From Deltaproteobacteria bacterium UBA7527 (GTDB lineage: Bacteria; Desulfobacterota; Syntrophorhabdia; Syntrophorhabdales; Syntrophorhabdaceae), in the NCBI GenBank assembly GCA_002478225.1, contig DLMV01000005.1, forward strand, positions 37,596-69,595: a stretch of DNA of 32,000 nucleotides. The letters are read 5' to 3'. Positions 21,267 through 31,300 of this stretch are shown piece after piece. The notes under the pieces were generated by a model that saw nothing but the letters and a program-made list of their open reading frames with translations, made no database searches and was not told the origin of the DNA. Within the stretch, counting starts at the first letter, position 1. Each line of letters opens with the position of its first letter. The position numbers and the translations under genes are program-made.

Positions 21267-22262
21267 TTATTTCAGAACGCCGATCTCTTTATAGAACTTT
21301 ATTGCACCCGGATGCAGAGGGACTCCCCCTGTAGACATCATGAAAGCGGGGGTTAGCCCTTTCAGGACCACGTGGACGCTGGAGAGGTAATCCCGTTTTT
21401 CGTAGATCGACTTGGTGATCTTATAGACAAGATCCTCGGGCAGGTCGGCCTTGCACGCGAGAATATTCCTGGCGGCTATCGTTGGAACGTCAGCGCTTAA
21501 AAATTTGTAGGCGCTGGCAGGGATCACCATCTTGCTTGTTCCGAATTCCTTGTTTAGCGCACTGATAGCCTTTTCGCTCAAAGGGAGTATGGTTATGTCG
21601 TGCGTACCCCCAAGTTCCACGAACTGGGTGGTCGGGACCGGACTGCAGCCGCTTAAAGAATCGAGGCTATCGCCCCGCATCAGGTTGATCGATTCCCCGT
21701 AGCTGTTGTAAAAGATCTTACCGCCCCAGCCTTGCAGCGCCTTATAGTCGAAACCGTACTGCTCGAATATCTTCTCACAGACTATTTCCATGAAATTGCC
21801 CTTCTTATTGGGCGAGTGGCGCAACTTGTATTGTTTTGCCTTTATATCCCCGAAGTCCTTGATCCCCGTCTTTTTAAGGACAACAAACTGGAAAGGTTCA
21901 TCGAACAGGGCGGTGACGCCCCTGATGTTCTTCATCGGCGATTTATAAGGCTCTTTGCCGTTCAACGCGCTCATGGCTGTTGACGAGACACCTATCGCGA
22001 GATCGGACGATCCTTTTTCCAAACGAATGAAATTGGTCGAATCGGTGCCGGTGGTAGTTGATATTGAAGAGCCTGAAGGAAGGCTTCGCCTCAATGATTC
22101 GGCGACCCCTTCTGTTACGGCCGACCACGCTCCTCCCGCGGTCCCGCCGCTTATCACTATCTTTGTTGGTTTTTCTGCTGCGGTTGCCATAGACACTGCG
22201 AGAAGGCATACTAATAGAACAGAAAAGATTACCTTACCCATGTAAATACGATCTTTTTTCAT
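21267..22262 (-). CDS. TAXI-family TRAP transporter solute-binding protein
   Basis: 331-aa ORF with a signal peptide and the TAXI-like N-terminal motif KIVISGGTAGGAWSAVTEGVAESL. Confidence 0.8.
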   Translation of the reverse strand: MKKDRIYMGKVIFSVLLVCLLAVSMATAAEKPTKIVISGGTAGGAWSAVTEGVAESLRRSLPSGSSISTTTGTDSTNFIRLEKGSSDLAIGVSSTAMSALNGKEPYKSPMKNIRGVTALFDEPFQFVVLKKTGIKDFGDIKAKQYKLRHSPNKKGNFMEIVCEKIFEQYGFDYKALQGWGGKIFYNSYGESINLMRGDSLDSLSGCSPVPTTQFVELGGTHDITILPLSEKAISALNKEFGTSKMVIPASAYKFLSADVPTIAARNILACKADLPEDLVYKITKSIYEKRDYLSSVHVVLKGLTPAFMMSTGGVPLHPGAIKFYKEIGVLK

Positions 22263-22289
22263 TTCTTCCCCCTTCTTTTTATTTATATA

Positions 22290-23831
22290 TTATTTGCCTT
22301 GTTCCTCAAACAGTTTTAAGAGATCATTCTTTGCCACTTTTCCGCGCTGATTCCGTGGTAATGCATCCAGGAAGATGATCTTTTTCGGTATCTTAAAATC
22401 GGGAAGCGTCTTCTTGCAATGGCCTATTATCTCGTCGGCGCTTGCCCCTGCTCCGGTCTTTGCCACGGCAAAACAGACGACCTCTTCCCCGTAGATGCTG
22501 TCAGGCACCCCCAGCGTTGCCGCTTCGCGGATCGCGGGATGCTCCATTACGCGGGACGTGATCTCCATGGGAGAGATATTGATGCCGCCCCGGATGATCA
22601 GGTCCTTCTTCCTGCCCGTGATATAGATATATCCTTCTTCGTCCTTGTAGCCCAGGTCGCCGGTGGGAAAGCCCTCCTCGGGGAACCGTTCGGTATTGCC
22701 GTTATCCTTCACATAACAAAGACCCATGGACCTGCCGCCCACAACCATCTCCCCAACCTCGCCGGGTGCGCACTCCGCACCCTGCTCGTTCAGGAACCTG
22801 ATCTCCTTATACTTCATAGGAAGTCCGACCGAACCGATCTTGCGCCTGCCCGGAGGGTTTCCCGCCATCCACCCTGCCTCGCTCATTCCCATCATCTGCT
22901 GGATCGGGATCCCGTAAAGCTCCTCAAAGCGATGATGGCTTTCCACGCTCAGGGGGGCCGAACTGGAGGTTATATATTTCAGTGAAGGCACATCATTGCG
23001 CCCTAATCCAACCGGCTCGTTTATAAGCATGTTTATAATGGCGGGAACGCCTGACGAGATCGTGATACCGTGCGTTTTCAGCCAATCGGGAAAATGCCTG
23101 CGGGAGAACTTTTTGGCGAGACACAGAGTGGCCCCTTTGAGCATAGAGGAAAGCACGGTGAGAAGCTGCACTGATGCCCAGTTATAGGCCCGGTATTCAA
23201 GCACTTTATCCTGGCTTGTGATCCCTGTTCTATCAACGATCTCATCTGTCATATAGAAGAGGCCTTCCCTCGATATATGGATCCCTTTCGGGGTTTCAGT
23301 TGTGCCGGATGTATAAAGGATAACACAGACATCTTCTTTCTTGACGGCCTGTCCCTTGAATATCGGGTCGTACTTTTTAAGCTGTTTGAAGAAACTGTCG
23401 CCGTCCGGCCCGGTCCCATGCTCAGAGAATTTTATCCAATCCGACGATGCGCACTGAGTCGCATCAAGGTTCAGGTCCTCATCAAAGAAGATAATCTTTG
23501 GCTTGACCATATTGACAATACGGTAAAAATTGCTCTCGCTCTCCTCAAAAAAGATGGGATTTACGATCGCGCCATATTTCAATATCCCGAAATAGATAAT
23601 AAGCGTTTCGATCGTATTCTTCCCTATGAGGCTCACCCTGTCGCCGGCAACAATCTTTTTTTTCTGCAGGAATCCGCTTATCCGGTTGCAGTAAGTGTTC
23701 ATCTCGCCGAAGGTAACGCCCCTGCCTTGATCCAGACCTTCGATGTAGATCTTATTTGTAAGATCCTTGGCGTTGCGCTCGATTATTTGCACCCAATCTT
23801 GATAAACGTTTTGATCTTTCCCTTGTTCCAA
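22290..23831 (-). CDS. AMP-forming CoA ligase (aryl/acyl-CoA ligase-like)
   Basis: 513-aa ORF with a TTG start. Motifs are YTSGTTETPKG, GMSEAG, PTGDLGYKDEEGYIYITGRKKDLIIRGGINISP and PRNQRGKVAKNDL. Confidence 0.85.
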   Translation of the reverse strand: MEQGKDQNVYQDWVQIIERNAKDLTNKIYIEGLDQGRGVTFGEMNTYCNRISGFLQKKKIVAGDRVSLIGKNTIETLIIYFGILKYGAIVNPIFFEESESNFYRIVNMVKPKIIFFDEDLNLDATQCASSDWIKFSEHGTGPDGDSFFKQLKKYDPIFKGQAVKKEDVCVILYTSGTTETPKGIHISREGLFYMTDEIVDRTGITSQDKVLEYRAYNWASVQLLTVLSSMLKGATLCLAKKFSRRHFPDWLKTHGITISSGVPAIINMLINEPVGLGRNDVPSLKYITSSSAPLSVESHHRFEELYGIPIQQMMGMSEAGWMAGNPPGRRKIGSVGLPMKYKEIRFLNEQGAECAPGEVGEMVVGGRSMGLCYVKDNGNTERFPEEGFPTGDLGYKDEEGYIYITGRKKDLIIRGGINISPMEITSRVMEHPAIREAATLGVPDSIYGEEVVCFAVAKTGAGASADEIIGHCKKTLPDFKIPKKIIFLDALPRNQRGKVAKNDLLKLFEEQGK

Positions 23832-23857
23832 CGGAATGAACCCCCTTTCTCATAGTG

Positions 23858-23887
23858 GGGACCCCCGCACACGTTGTGCAGGGTCCC
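23858..23887 (-). other. GC-rich intercistronic stem-loop between the UbiD-like gene and the ligase gene
   Basis: GGGACCC (23858-23864) pairs with GGGTCCC (23881-23887), and GCAC (23867-23870) pairs with GTGC (23876-23879). No U-tract follows on the minus strand. Confidence 0.45.
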
Positions 23888-23900
23888 GCAATTCGTATAT

Positions 23901-25433
23901 CTAAAAACCTGTCCTTGCGAAGAGTTTCGCGTATTCTGTCTGAGGCGCCTTCCCCTTTGCTATCTGCTCATCGGTAAACCATTTTGTCGGATCAACGGCC
24001 CCGATCGGGTATTTCGCCTTCTCGAAGGCATCTACGTATCTGAAAGGAACAGTGGCGTCGAGCGCGATGGCGCCTGAGAATCTGATATTGGTCTGGGTCC
24101 AGTCCTTCTCTCCCGCCGAACTTCTCTCTGCAGGCTGGAAGGTCTGTCCCGCGCCCCCCGGCGACACGATCATGATATCATCTTTGGCGTCGACGCGGGT
24201 CGCGATGGCCCACATGATGTCATCCATGCTGTAGATATCGATGTCGGGATCGACGGCGATGGCGATCCGGGCGCCGATAGAGCAGGAAAGGGCGGTGGAG
24301 AGGATGTTTTTGACGAACCCTTCGTCACGCTGTCTGCGCTTCTTGACCTGGAAGATCACGCCGCCCCAGTCGGGAATTGCCATGGGGATGTTGGTGTCCA
24401 CGGTCAGTCCCGGGCAGACGCGTTCCGCCAGTTCGAGGAAGGTAGCGGTCCTCACCATGGTGTCGATGTTGTGGTCATCGTAGCTGTGCACGCAGAGCGG
24501 ATAGTAGATGGGGCGGTCCTTCCGGTAGGTGATGCCGGTTACCACAAACTTATAGGTGCGGTATGCTTTGCCCATATACCCCGACCATTCTGGATGGAAC
24601 GGGTAGACGCCCTGCTTTTGGTCGCGTTCTGCAAGCTCGCTCTCCCAGACCTTTTTCGTTGTGTCGAGGTATCCTTCGATCACATATTCGGCCTGAGCGA
24701 TAGAATAGGCGTCGATGGTCTTTGCCTTGACGATATCGACGGGGAAACCCTGCACTGCCCCTGCGATCCCGAGCTCGTCGCATCCTGCCGGGAGGATCGT
24801 GTATACGAAACCGGCGCCGGCCATCAGGGTACAGGCTGGCGGGACCCCCATGTTGATGGTCAGAGGTATGGGCTCCTTGTGGTAGAACTTTGACGCGATC
24901 ATATCGGTATGGGAACCGGGTGAGATCTGGAAGGTAGAGAAATCAGGCCCACGGAAGAACATCCTGTTGTAGCTTATGTGCGTGCCGCCCCAGAACCATT
25001 TCCCTGTGGCGAGCGTGTTCCCACCGCCCAAGGTCCTGCCCGGGTCAGACGGAGTGTGCTTGATCATGGGGACGATAGGCCAGACATCGATGTTCTTATC
25101 GATGACCACCTCCTGACAGGGCGCAGACTTTACCACCTTCGGCGGAAGGGGTTTGCGGATTGCATCGAGGATCCTGAACTTGAACGTTCTCTCGGTCCCC
25201 GCATCGAAAAGCTCGGCGATCAGGTTGCCGTCCCCGTACAGGTTGGTGAAAAGCCTCCCATTGGGATAGCCCTTGACCTTGTTGAACAGAATGGGGAGCC
25301 CTCCGTCGAAATGCTTCTGGAGACCTGTCATTTCCAGTTCCGGGTTGACCTCCACGTCTGTTTCCAGGAGTTTTCCCCTGGACCTCAGGTGATCGATGGT
25401 GGCCCTGAGGCTCGCTAAATAATTGTCAGCCAT
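23901..25433 (-). CDS. UbiD-family (prFMN-dependent) decarboxylase/carboxylase
   Basis: The segments SYNRMFFRG, AEYVIEGY and HPEWSGYMG line up with E. coli UbiD AEIVLEGY and GPYGDHTGYY. I prefer the start at 25433, which has a GAGGAGG SD 5 nt upstream. The ORF track starts 7 codons earlier, at 25454. Confidence 0.88.
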   Translation of the reverse strand: MADNYLASLRATIDHLRSRGKLLETDVEVNPELEMTGLQKHFDGGLPILFNKVKGYPNGRLFTNLYGDGNLIAELFDAGTERTFKFRILDAIRKPLPPKVVKSAPCQEVVIDKNIDVWPIVPMIKHTPSDPGRTLGGGNTLATGKWFWGGTHISYNRMFFRGPDFSTFQISPGSHTDMIASKFYHKEPIPLTINMGVPPACTLMAGAGFVYTILPAGCDELGIAGAVQGFPVDIVKAKTIDAYSIAQAEYVIEGYLDTTKKVWESELAERDQKQGVYPFHPEWSGYMGKAYRTYKFVVTGITYRKDRPIYYPLCVHSYDDHNIDTMVRTATFLELAERVCPGLTVDTNIPMAIPDWGGVIFQVKKRRQRDEGFVKNILSTALSCSIGARIAIAVDPDIDIYSMDDIMWAIATRVDAKDDIMIVSPGGAGQTFQPAERSSAGEKDWTQTNIRFSGAIALDATVPFRYVDAFEKAKYPIGAVDPTKWFTDEQIAKGKAPQTEYAKLFARTGF

Positions 25434-25459
25434 AATAACCTCCTCTTTGTTCATAAATT

Positions 25460-25484
25460 TTTGTTAGCAGAACAAACTAACAAA
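25460..25484 (-). promoter_or_regulatory. Inverted repeat in the UbiD-operon leader; candidate GntR-type operator
   Basis: TTTGTTAG-N9-CTAACAAA has perfect 8-bp arms at 25460-25467 and 25477-25484. It lies between a TTGACA-N17-TATTTG promoter candidate (minus strand, 25536..25508) and the start codon. Confidence 0.4.
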
Positions 25485-25739
25485 CTGTTTAATAGTTTAA
25501 TTATTAACAAATAACTTATTTCAATTTTATTGTCAAGAATTTTTTATGATTTTCTAAATAAATATGTAACATATCGTTTTAATTGATTATTATAGAGCAT
25601 CAACGCCTATTGCCATACCTTATTTTGATCGTATGGGCACTCCGTTCGAACGGGCGTTGCTCCTGATAAAAACGTCTTTGCGAGTTGCGTGGTGGGGGTT
25701 AAGCCGGGTTATTGTTTGAAGAAGGACCAGCCATATTGT

Positions 25740-27554
25740 TCAGGCGGCGGCGATCTTTGCCCGTTTCCGCTCAATGCCGTCGAGTATCATCTTGCGGAGC
25801 CTTATTGATCTGGGCGTGATCTCCACGAGCTCGTCATCGTTGATGTAGGAGATGCATTCCTCGAGGCTCATATCGGTATAAGGCGTGAGGATCACCGCAT
25901 CATCGGAGCCGGCAGCCCTCATGTTGGTCAGTTTCTTTCCCTTGGCAGGGTTGACGATGATGTCCGCGTCCCTGGAATGCTCACCGATGATCTGTCCTGC
26001 GTAGACCTTTTCTCCGGGTCCGAGGAAGAGCTTCCCTCTTTCCTGGAGGTTGAAAAGGGCATAGGCAACCGTTGTGCATTGGTCCATGGCAATGAGGACC
26101 CCCTTTGTCCTGTTCCTGATCTCTCCGGCATATTCGTCGAAGCCCAGGAATACGTAATTCATCACGCCCATTCCACGTGTTTCGGTGAGGAATTCGGAGC
26201 GGAAGCCGAGAAGCCCCCTGGTGGGTACCTTGTATCTGAGCCGTGCCATCCCGTTGTCCTGGTGCATCTCAAGAAGGATGCCTTTTCTGCCGCCTAAGTT
26301 TTCGATGACCCTGCCCATGTAGTTCTCATCTACATCGATCGTCAGCTCTTCATAGGGCTCGAGCCTTTTGCCGCCTTCTTCCCTGAATATTACCTGTGGC
26401 CTCGTGACCTGGAACTCGTAGCCTTCGCGCCTCATCTTTTCGATCAGGATAGACAGATGGAGCTCTCCTCTCCCCGAGACCTTGTATCCCTGCGCATCCT
26501 CAAGCTCCTCGACCAAAAGGGCCACGTCAGAGAGAGTTTCTCTGAAGAGCCTGTCCCTTAAATGCCTGGAGGTAACGAACCTGCCTTCCTTGCCGTAGAA
26601 GGGCGAATCGTTGGGCACGAAACTCATCGATACTGTAGGCGGGTCTATCTCAATGCCTTCAAGTGGTATGGGGTTTAATGGGTCAGTGAGGGTCTCGCCG
26701 ATGGTGATCGACTCCATGCCGGCTACCGCCACTATTTCGCCAACACCCGCCTCTTCAGTTTCGATCTTCTCGTTCCCCCTGAATCGATAGATCTTCCGTA
26801 TCCTGGCTGGACGGACCGTGGCGCCGGGCGCTGCAACGACAACCTCTTTGTCGATATGGAGCCTCCCGGAGGTGATCTTTCCTGTCGCAAGCCTGCCCAG
26901 AAAAGTGGAATAGCTGAGAGAGCTCACGAGCATCTGAAGCGGTCCGTCCTGGTCTCCAACGGGAGCAGGGATCGCCCCGATGATCATGTCAAAGAGCGGT
27001 ATCATGGACCCTTCTTTTACGTTGTGATCGAGGGTGGCATATCCGTCCCTCGCGGAGGCATAGATGACCGGGAAATCAAGGATATGATCAGGCGCGCCAA
27101 GCCTTGCAAAGAGGTCAAAGACCTCGTCCACGACCCAGTCGCATCGTGCCGCTGGCTTGTCGATCTTGTTCACCACCACGATCACGGGGAGATCCAATGC
27201 AAGGGCCTTCTTCAGAACAAAATATGTCTGCGGCATGGGGCCTTCAGCCGCATCTACAAGGAGAAGCGCCCCGTCAGCCATCTTCAGGACGCGCTCTACC
27301 TGACCCCCGAAATCGGCATGGCCCGGGGTGTCGATGATATTGACAAGATGATCTTTATATATGAATGAGCCGTTCTTGGAGGCAATGGTAATGCCGCGCT
27401 CTTTCTCAAGGTCCATCGAGTCCATGAGGCGCTCCTCGACGACCTGGTTGTCGCGGAACAGCCCGCTCTGCCTGAACAGCTGGTCAACGAGCGTTGTCTT
27501 GCCGTGATCGACGTGTGCAATGATCGCAATATTTCTTATCCTGCTCTGTTCCAT
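25740..27554 (-). CDS. typA: Translational GTPase TypA/BipA
   Basis: G motifs are AHVDHGKTT, DTPGHADF and NKID, with a BipA-like C-terminus. I took the start at 27554 (MEQSRIRNIAIIAHVDHGKTT), which has an AAAGGGGAG SD. The ORF-track N-terminal extension is hydrophobic and not family-like. Confidence 0.92.
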   Translation of the reverse strand: MEQSRIRNIAIIAHVDHGKTTLVDQLFRQSGLFRDNQVVEERLMDSMDLEKERGITIASKNGSFIYKDHLVNIIDTPGHADFGGQVERVLKMADGALLLVDAAEGPMPQTYFVLKKALALDLPVIVVVNKIDKPAARCDWVVDEVFDLFARLGAPDHILDFPVIYASARDGYATLDHNVKEGSMIPLFDMIIGAIPAPVGDQDGPLQMLVSSLSYSTFLGRLATGKITSGRLHIDKEVVVAAPGATVRPARIRKIYRFRGNEKIETEEAGVGEIVAVAGMESITIGETLTDPLNPIPLEGIEIDPPTVSMSFVPNDSPFYGKEGRFVTSRHLRDRLFRETLSDVALLVEELEDAQGYKVSGRGELHLSILIEKMRREGYEFQVTRPQVIFREEGGKRLEPYEELTIDVDENYMGRVIENLGGRKGILLEMHQDNGMARLRYKVPTRGLLGFRSEFLTETRGMGVMNYVFLGFDEYAGEIRNRTKGVLIAMDQCTTVAYALFNLQERGKLFLGPGEKVYAGQIIGEHSRDADIIVNPAKGKKLTNMRAAGSDDAVILTPYTDMSLEECISYINDDELVEITPRSIRLRKMILDGIERKRAKIAAA

Positions 27555-27678
27555 GCTCCCCTTTAAATGTGCCGATGATACAGCGATAGGGCTTGAAATT
27601 GCAGCAATTACATAACATGGAAAGGCTGAAAAATCAACAAAAAGAAAGAAGGGCAATAAGAAGTGAAAGATTATGTCC

Positions 27679-28356
27679 TTAGCTGTCGAGCAGCTCTCTC
27701 ACCTTTTTGAGCAGTTCATCCGGCTTGAGAGGTTTCAGGATAAGATCGATGCCTTGTTCGGGTACGCCCTTTTCCTGGATGATATCATGGGTATAACCGC
27801 TCATGAAGAGGGCTTTCAGGGAGGGCTGCCGCTTCCTTAACGCTTCGAGCAGCTCTTTCCCGTTCATCTTCGGCATGATCACGTCAAGGATCGCCATATC
27901 CACGGCATGTTCAGAGAATAAGCGGATCGCCTGAAGGCCGTCTTCCGCTGCGATGACGGTATAGCCGTTCTCTCTCAAAACCATGCTGATAAGGCTTCGT
28001 ACCGCTTCATTGTCTTCTGCTAAGAGGATCTTCTCGGTACCCCCTGGAGCAACGCCGGTACCCTTATCATCTTTCGCTTCAACGAGCTGCGTGATAAGCG
28101 GCAGGTAGATGAAGAACGAAGTGCCCTCGCTCGGCCTGCTTTTTACATTGATGTATCCGTCGTGCTGGTCAACGATCCCATACACCAAAGAAAGCCCGAG
28201 CCCGGTGCCCTTGCCCACCGCCTTGGTGGTGAAGAACGGCTCAAAGATCTTTGGCAGGACATGTTCATCTATCCCTGTCCCTGTATCGGATACCATGATC
28301 TGTGCGTATTCTCCTGGCCTTCCAAAGCCATTGGCGCTGACGAACTTGCTGTCCAT
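27679..28356 (-). CDS. C-terminal fragment of a hybrid sensor kinase: the end of HATPase_c plus a receiver domain
   Basis: It has the G1 box DTGTGI, the G2 box GKGTGLGLS, then the receiver motifs ILLAEDNEAVRSL, DMAILDVIMPKMNG and LKP. This frame is open upstream to about 28395, where it continues the upstream kinase ORF if one G is added (see findings). Confidence 0.8.
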   Translation of the reverse strand: MDSKFVSANGFGRPGEYAQIMVSDTGTGIDEHVLPKIFEPFFTTKAVGKGTGLGLSLVYGIVDQHDGYINVKSRPSEGTSFFIYLPLITQLVEAKDDKGTGVAPGGTEKILLAEDNEAVRSLISMVLRENGYTVIAAEDGLQAIRLFSEHAVDMAILDVIMPKMNGKELLEALRKRQPSLKALFMSGYTHDIIQEKGVPEQGIDLILKPLKPDELLKKVRELLDS

Positions 28357-31300
28357 AACAAAGCGGGAGGTATGTATTGAGATGGTGCCCCCCTTGGCAT
28401 GGCGTCACGCGCATTGGTCACAAGGTTCATGATGATCTGATCGATCTGGTTCACATCCCCGAGAACGACCAGCCTTTCATGTACGAGATCGGTCTTAAGC
28501 TCAATGTCCTCTGTAAGGAGCCGCGTTAAGAGCTTCTGTATGTTCGCGATAGCATCATTGAGGGAAAAAGGCTTCATGGCGATCTGTTGTTTCCTGCTGA
28601 AGGCGAGGAGGCTTTGTGTGAGCTGAGAAGCCCTTTCTGACGAAGTAAGTATCTGGGCGACATAAGATGATAACGGGCTGTCCCGGTCTATCTTGAGCTG
28701 AAGAAGGCTTGCATATCCCATGATGGCGCTGAGGATGTTGTTGAAGTCGTGGGCAACCCCGCCTGCGAGGGTGCCCACGGCCTCCATCTTTTGCGCCTGT
28801 AATAGCTGGGACTCGAGCTGCTTTCTTTCCGTAATGTCCTGAAGCGTGCCGGCCACATAGGAACGACCGCCTTCAACGATGGGGGCGAGGCCGCGTACCT
28901 CTACCCACAGTTTTTTGCCTGTATCGGTGATTAGTTCTGTCTCAATGATGAACGTTTCTCCTGTTGCAAGGCAGTTGATGACGTGATCGCGGATAACAGG
29001 GATATACTGGGGGAGGAAGTATCTCAGCCCCTCTGCAAGCCCCGGTCTGTAATCCCTCGGCGCCCCGATGATCTCATATATGCCGTCCGTCCATTCAAGA
29101 TAATCGGTATGGGGATTTGCCTTCCAGCCGCCGAGGCGGGCGATGGACTGGGTCTGCTTCAGGAACAGCTCGCTTGCCGTAAGCTCGCCCTCGGCCTTTT
29201 TGCGCTTGGTAATATCTTCATTGGTGCCTTCATAGAAGATGATCTTTCCGGAATCGTCCCTGACTGCCCGCGTTTTCGAAGATATCCAGATGATGGCGCC
29301 GTCCTTACGATATACCTGGTGTTCGAAGTTCTCGTCAATGTCATAGGCCTCCATTCTCTCCATGAAAGCCTTGCGGTCCTCCGGGTAGACATAAAATTGA
29401 GGCCCGAGGTCAGTGATGCTGTTTATCATCTCCTCGGGCGATGTGTACCCGCACATCTTCGCCATCGCAGGATTGACGCTTAAAAACCTGCCTTCCGGCG
29501 TGCTTTGAAAAAAACCTTCAACGGCGCTTTCAAAGATGTTCCGGTACTTCGCCTCCGATTCCTGCAGCGCCTGTTCTGCCTTTTTATGCTTGGTGATATC
29601 GCGGATCACTCCTTCCGTGCCGAGAAGATTCCCGGCATCGTCGTAATAAAAGTGGGTTGTAAATGATGCGTAGAAAGGCGTGCCGTCCTTTTTCTTCATC
29701 AGCCCTTCGAAGTCTTCCACCTTGCCGTGCAGACGGACCTCGTTGAGCAAACGTTCCCTGTCCTCAGTGTGCACCCATAAGCTGTCAAGGGGCAGGCCGA
29801 TCATCTCCTCGATAGAGTCATAACCGAAAAGCCTTGCGCCTGACGGGCTTCCCATCAGCAGCCTTCCGTTCCTGTCCGACCGGTAAAAGACATCCTTAAT
29901 ATTATCGATCACGTTCCGGTACATCTGTTCGCTTTGCCTGAGCTCTTCACTGGCACGCTTGCGGCTGATCAGGCCCCACATTCCCTGCATGAGCAATGTC
30001 AACTGCCTAACGTCGGATTCGTCATATTCATTGGTCTTGTTGCCCACGCCGGCCACAACGGCTATCCTGTTGTCTTCGAATATCGGTACATTCATATGCC
30101 GGGTGAGCTTGACATGCCCTTCAGGATATCCCCTTTTCAATGGGTTCGGCGCGTTATAGTCATTGGTGATGACGGGGCGCCGCTGGCGTACCGCTTCTCC
30201 CCAGAGTCCTGTTTTGCGTACGGGATATATGATCGGCTTATCAGTGATGGCGCATTCACCCATTGCGATTATTGACCAGGAATACATGGTAAGCTCTGTT
30301 TCGTCTTTGTTCATAAAAGCGAGATATCCTACCTGACTCTTTGTCAGCCGCACTGCCTCCTCTAACGCGAAATCGGTGATCTCATGGATATCCGCGTTGA
30401 TCATCTGATTTAATCTGAGGACTGCCTCGAGGCGTTCCTCGTTGAGCTTCAGCCCCTCCTCTGTCTTTTTGCGTTCGGTAATATCGATGATGGTACCACG
30501 AAACCCGACGATATTATCGTTTCGTAATATAGGAGAGCTATAGGCGATCACGGGGATCGTCGTGCCATCTTTGCGGACCATTGTATACTCATTGCCGTGA
30601 GTCGAGCTCCCCTGGGTCATTTGTTCTAAATGACGGCGTACCCTTGAATGCTCCTCCGGAGGGAATAAGGTAAAGATATCAAGGCCCCGGTGCACGTCTT
30701 CCTCGGTGATGCCCAGCATCCTCTCCGCTTCCTTATTGACGAATGTCAGGTGGCCCTCCGCATCGATCTCGTAGATGATCTGCGGGGTCAATTGGGCGAT
30801 ATCCCTGAATTTTTTTTCGCTTTCCCTTAATGCCTCTTCCGTATGTTTGAGGCGGCCGATGTCTGTCAGCAGAACGAGGAATGCCGGCGTGTCATCCCAG
30901 GAGATGGGGATGGAGCTCACCTGCATCCAGCGTATGCTGCCTCTCGTGTCTACAATGCGCATAGAATAATTATGAGGAGCGAGGTCGCCATCAAGCCGTT
31001 TGCTGTAATAATCCATTACAACAGGGAGGTCGTCCTTATAGATAAAATCGGTGAAAGATCTCAGTTGCAGCTCCTGCAGGGACAGAGAGGAGTCCTTGAT
31101 CATCTTCGGATTTGCGTATACTATCTTGTCTTCCTGGATCACCATGATGTATTCATTTGTCCCTTCGACAAGGGCGCGGTATCGCTCTTCTGATGCCTTG
31201 AGCGCCCTTTCGATCTTCTTGTGTTCCGTGATATCGGTAACGATATGGATCACCTTTTCGATCCGCCCTTCCTTATTGAACATGGGGGTACAGGAAACAA

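Noticed and set aside
25642-25653. CCGTTCGAACGG palindrome, and the TTCGAA motifs at 471 and 8451, as tRNA T-arms or a typA terminator
   Set aside because: There is no flanking 5-bp T-stem with a 7-nt loop, no acceptor or anticodon arms, and no U-tract on the minus strand. It is neither a tRNA nor a canonical terminator.
27555-27656. 34-codon N-terminal extension of typA in the ORF track (MPFFLFVDFSAF..)
   Set aside because: The extension is hydrophobic and unlike any BipA N-terminus. An internal ATG at 27554 with an AAAGGGGAG SD gives the canonical start just before the G1 motif.
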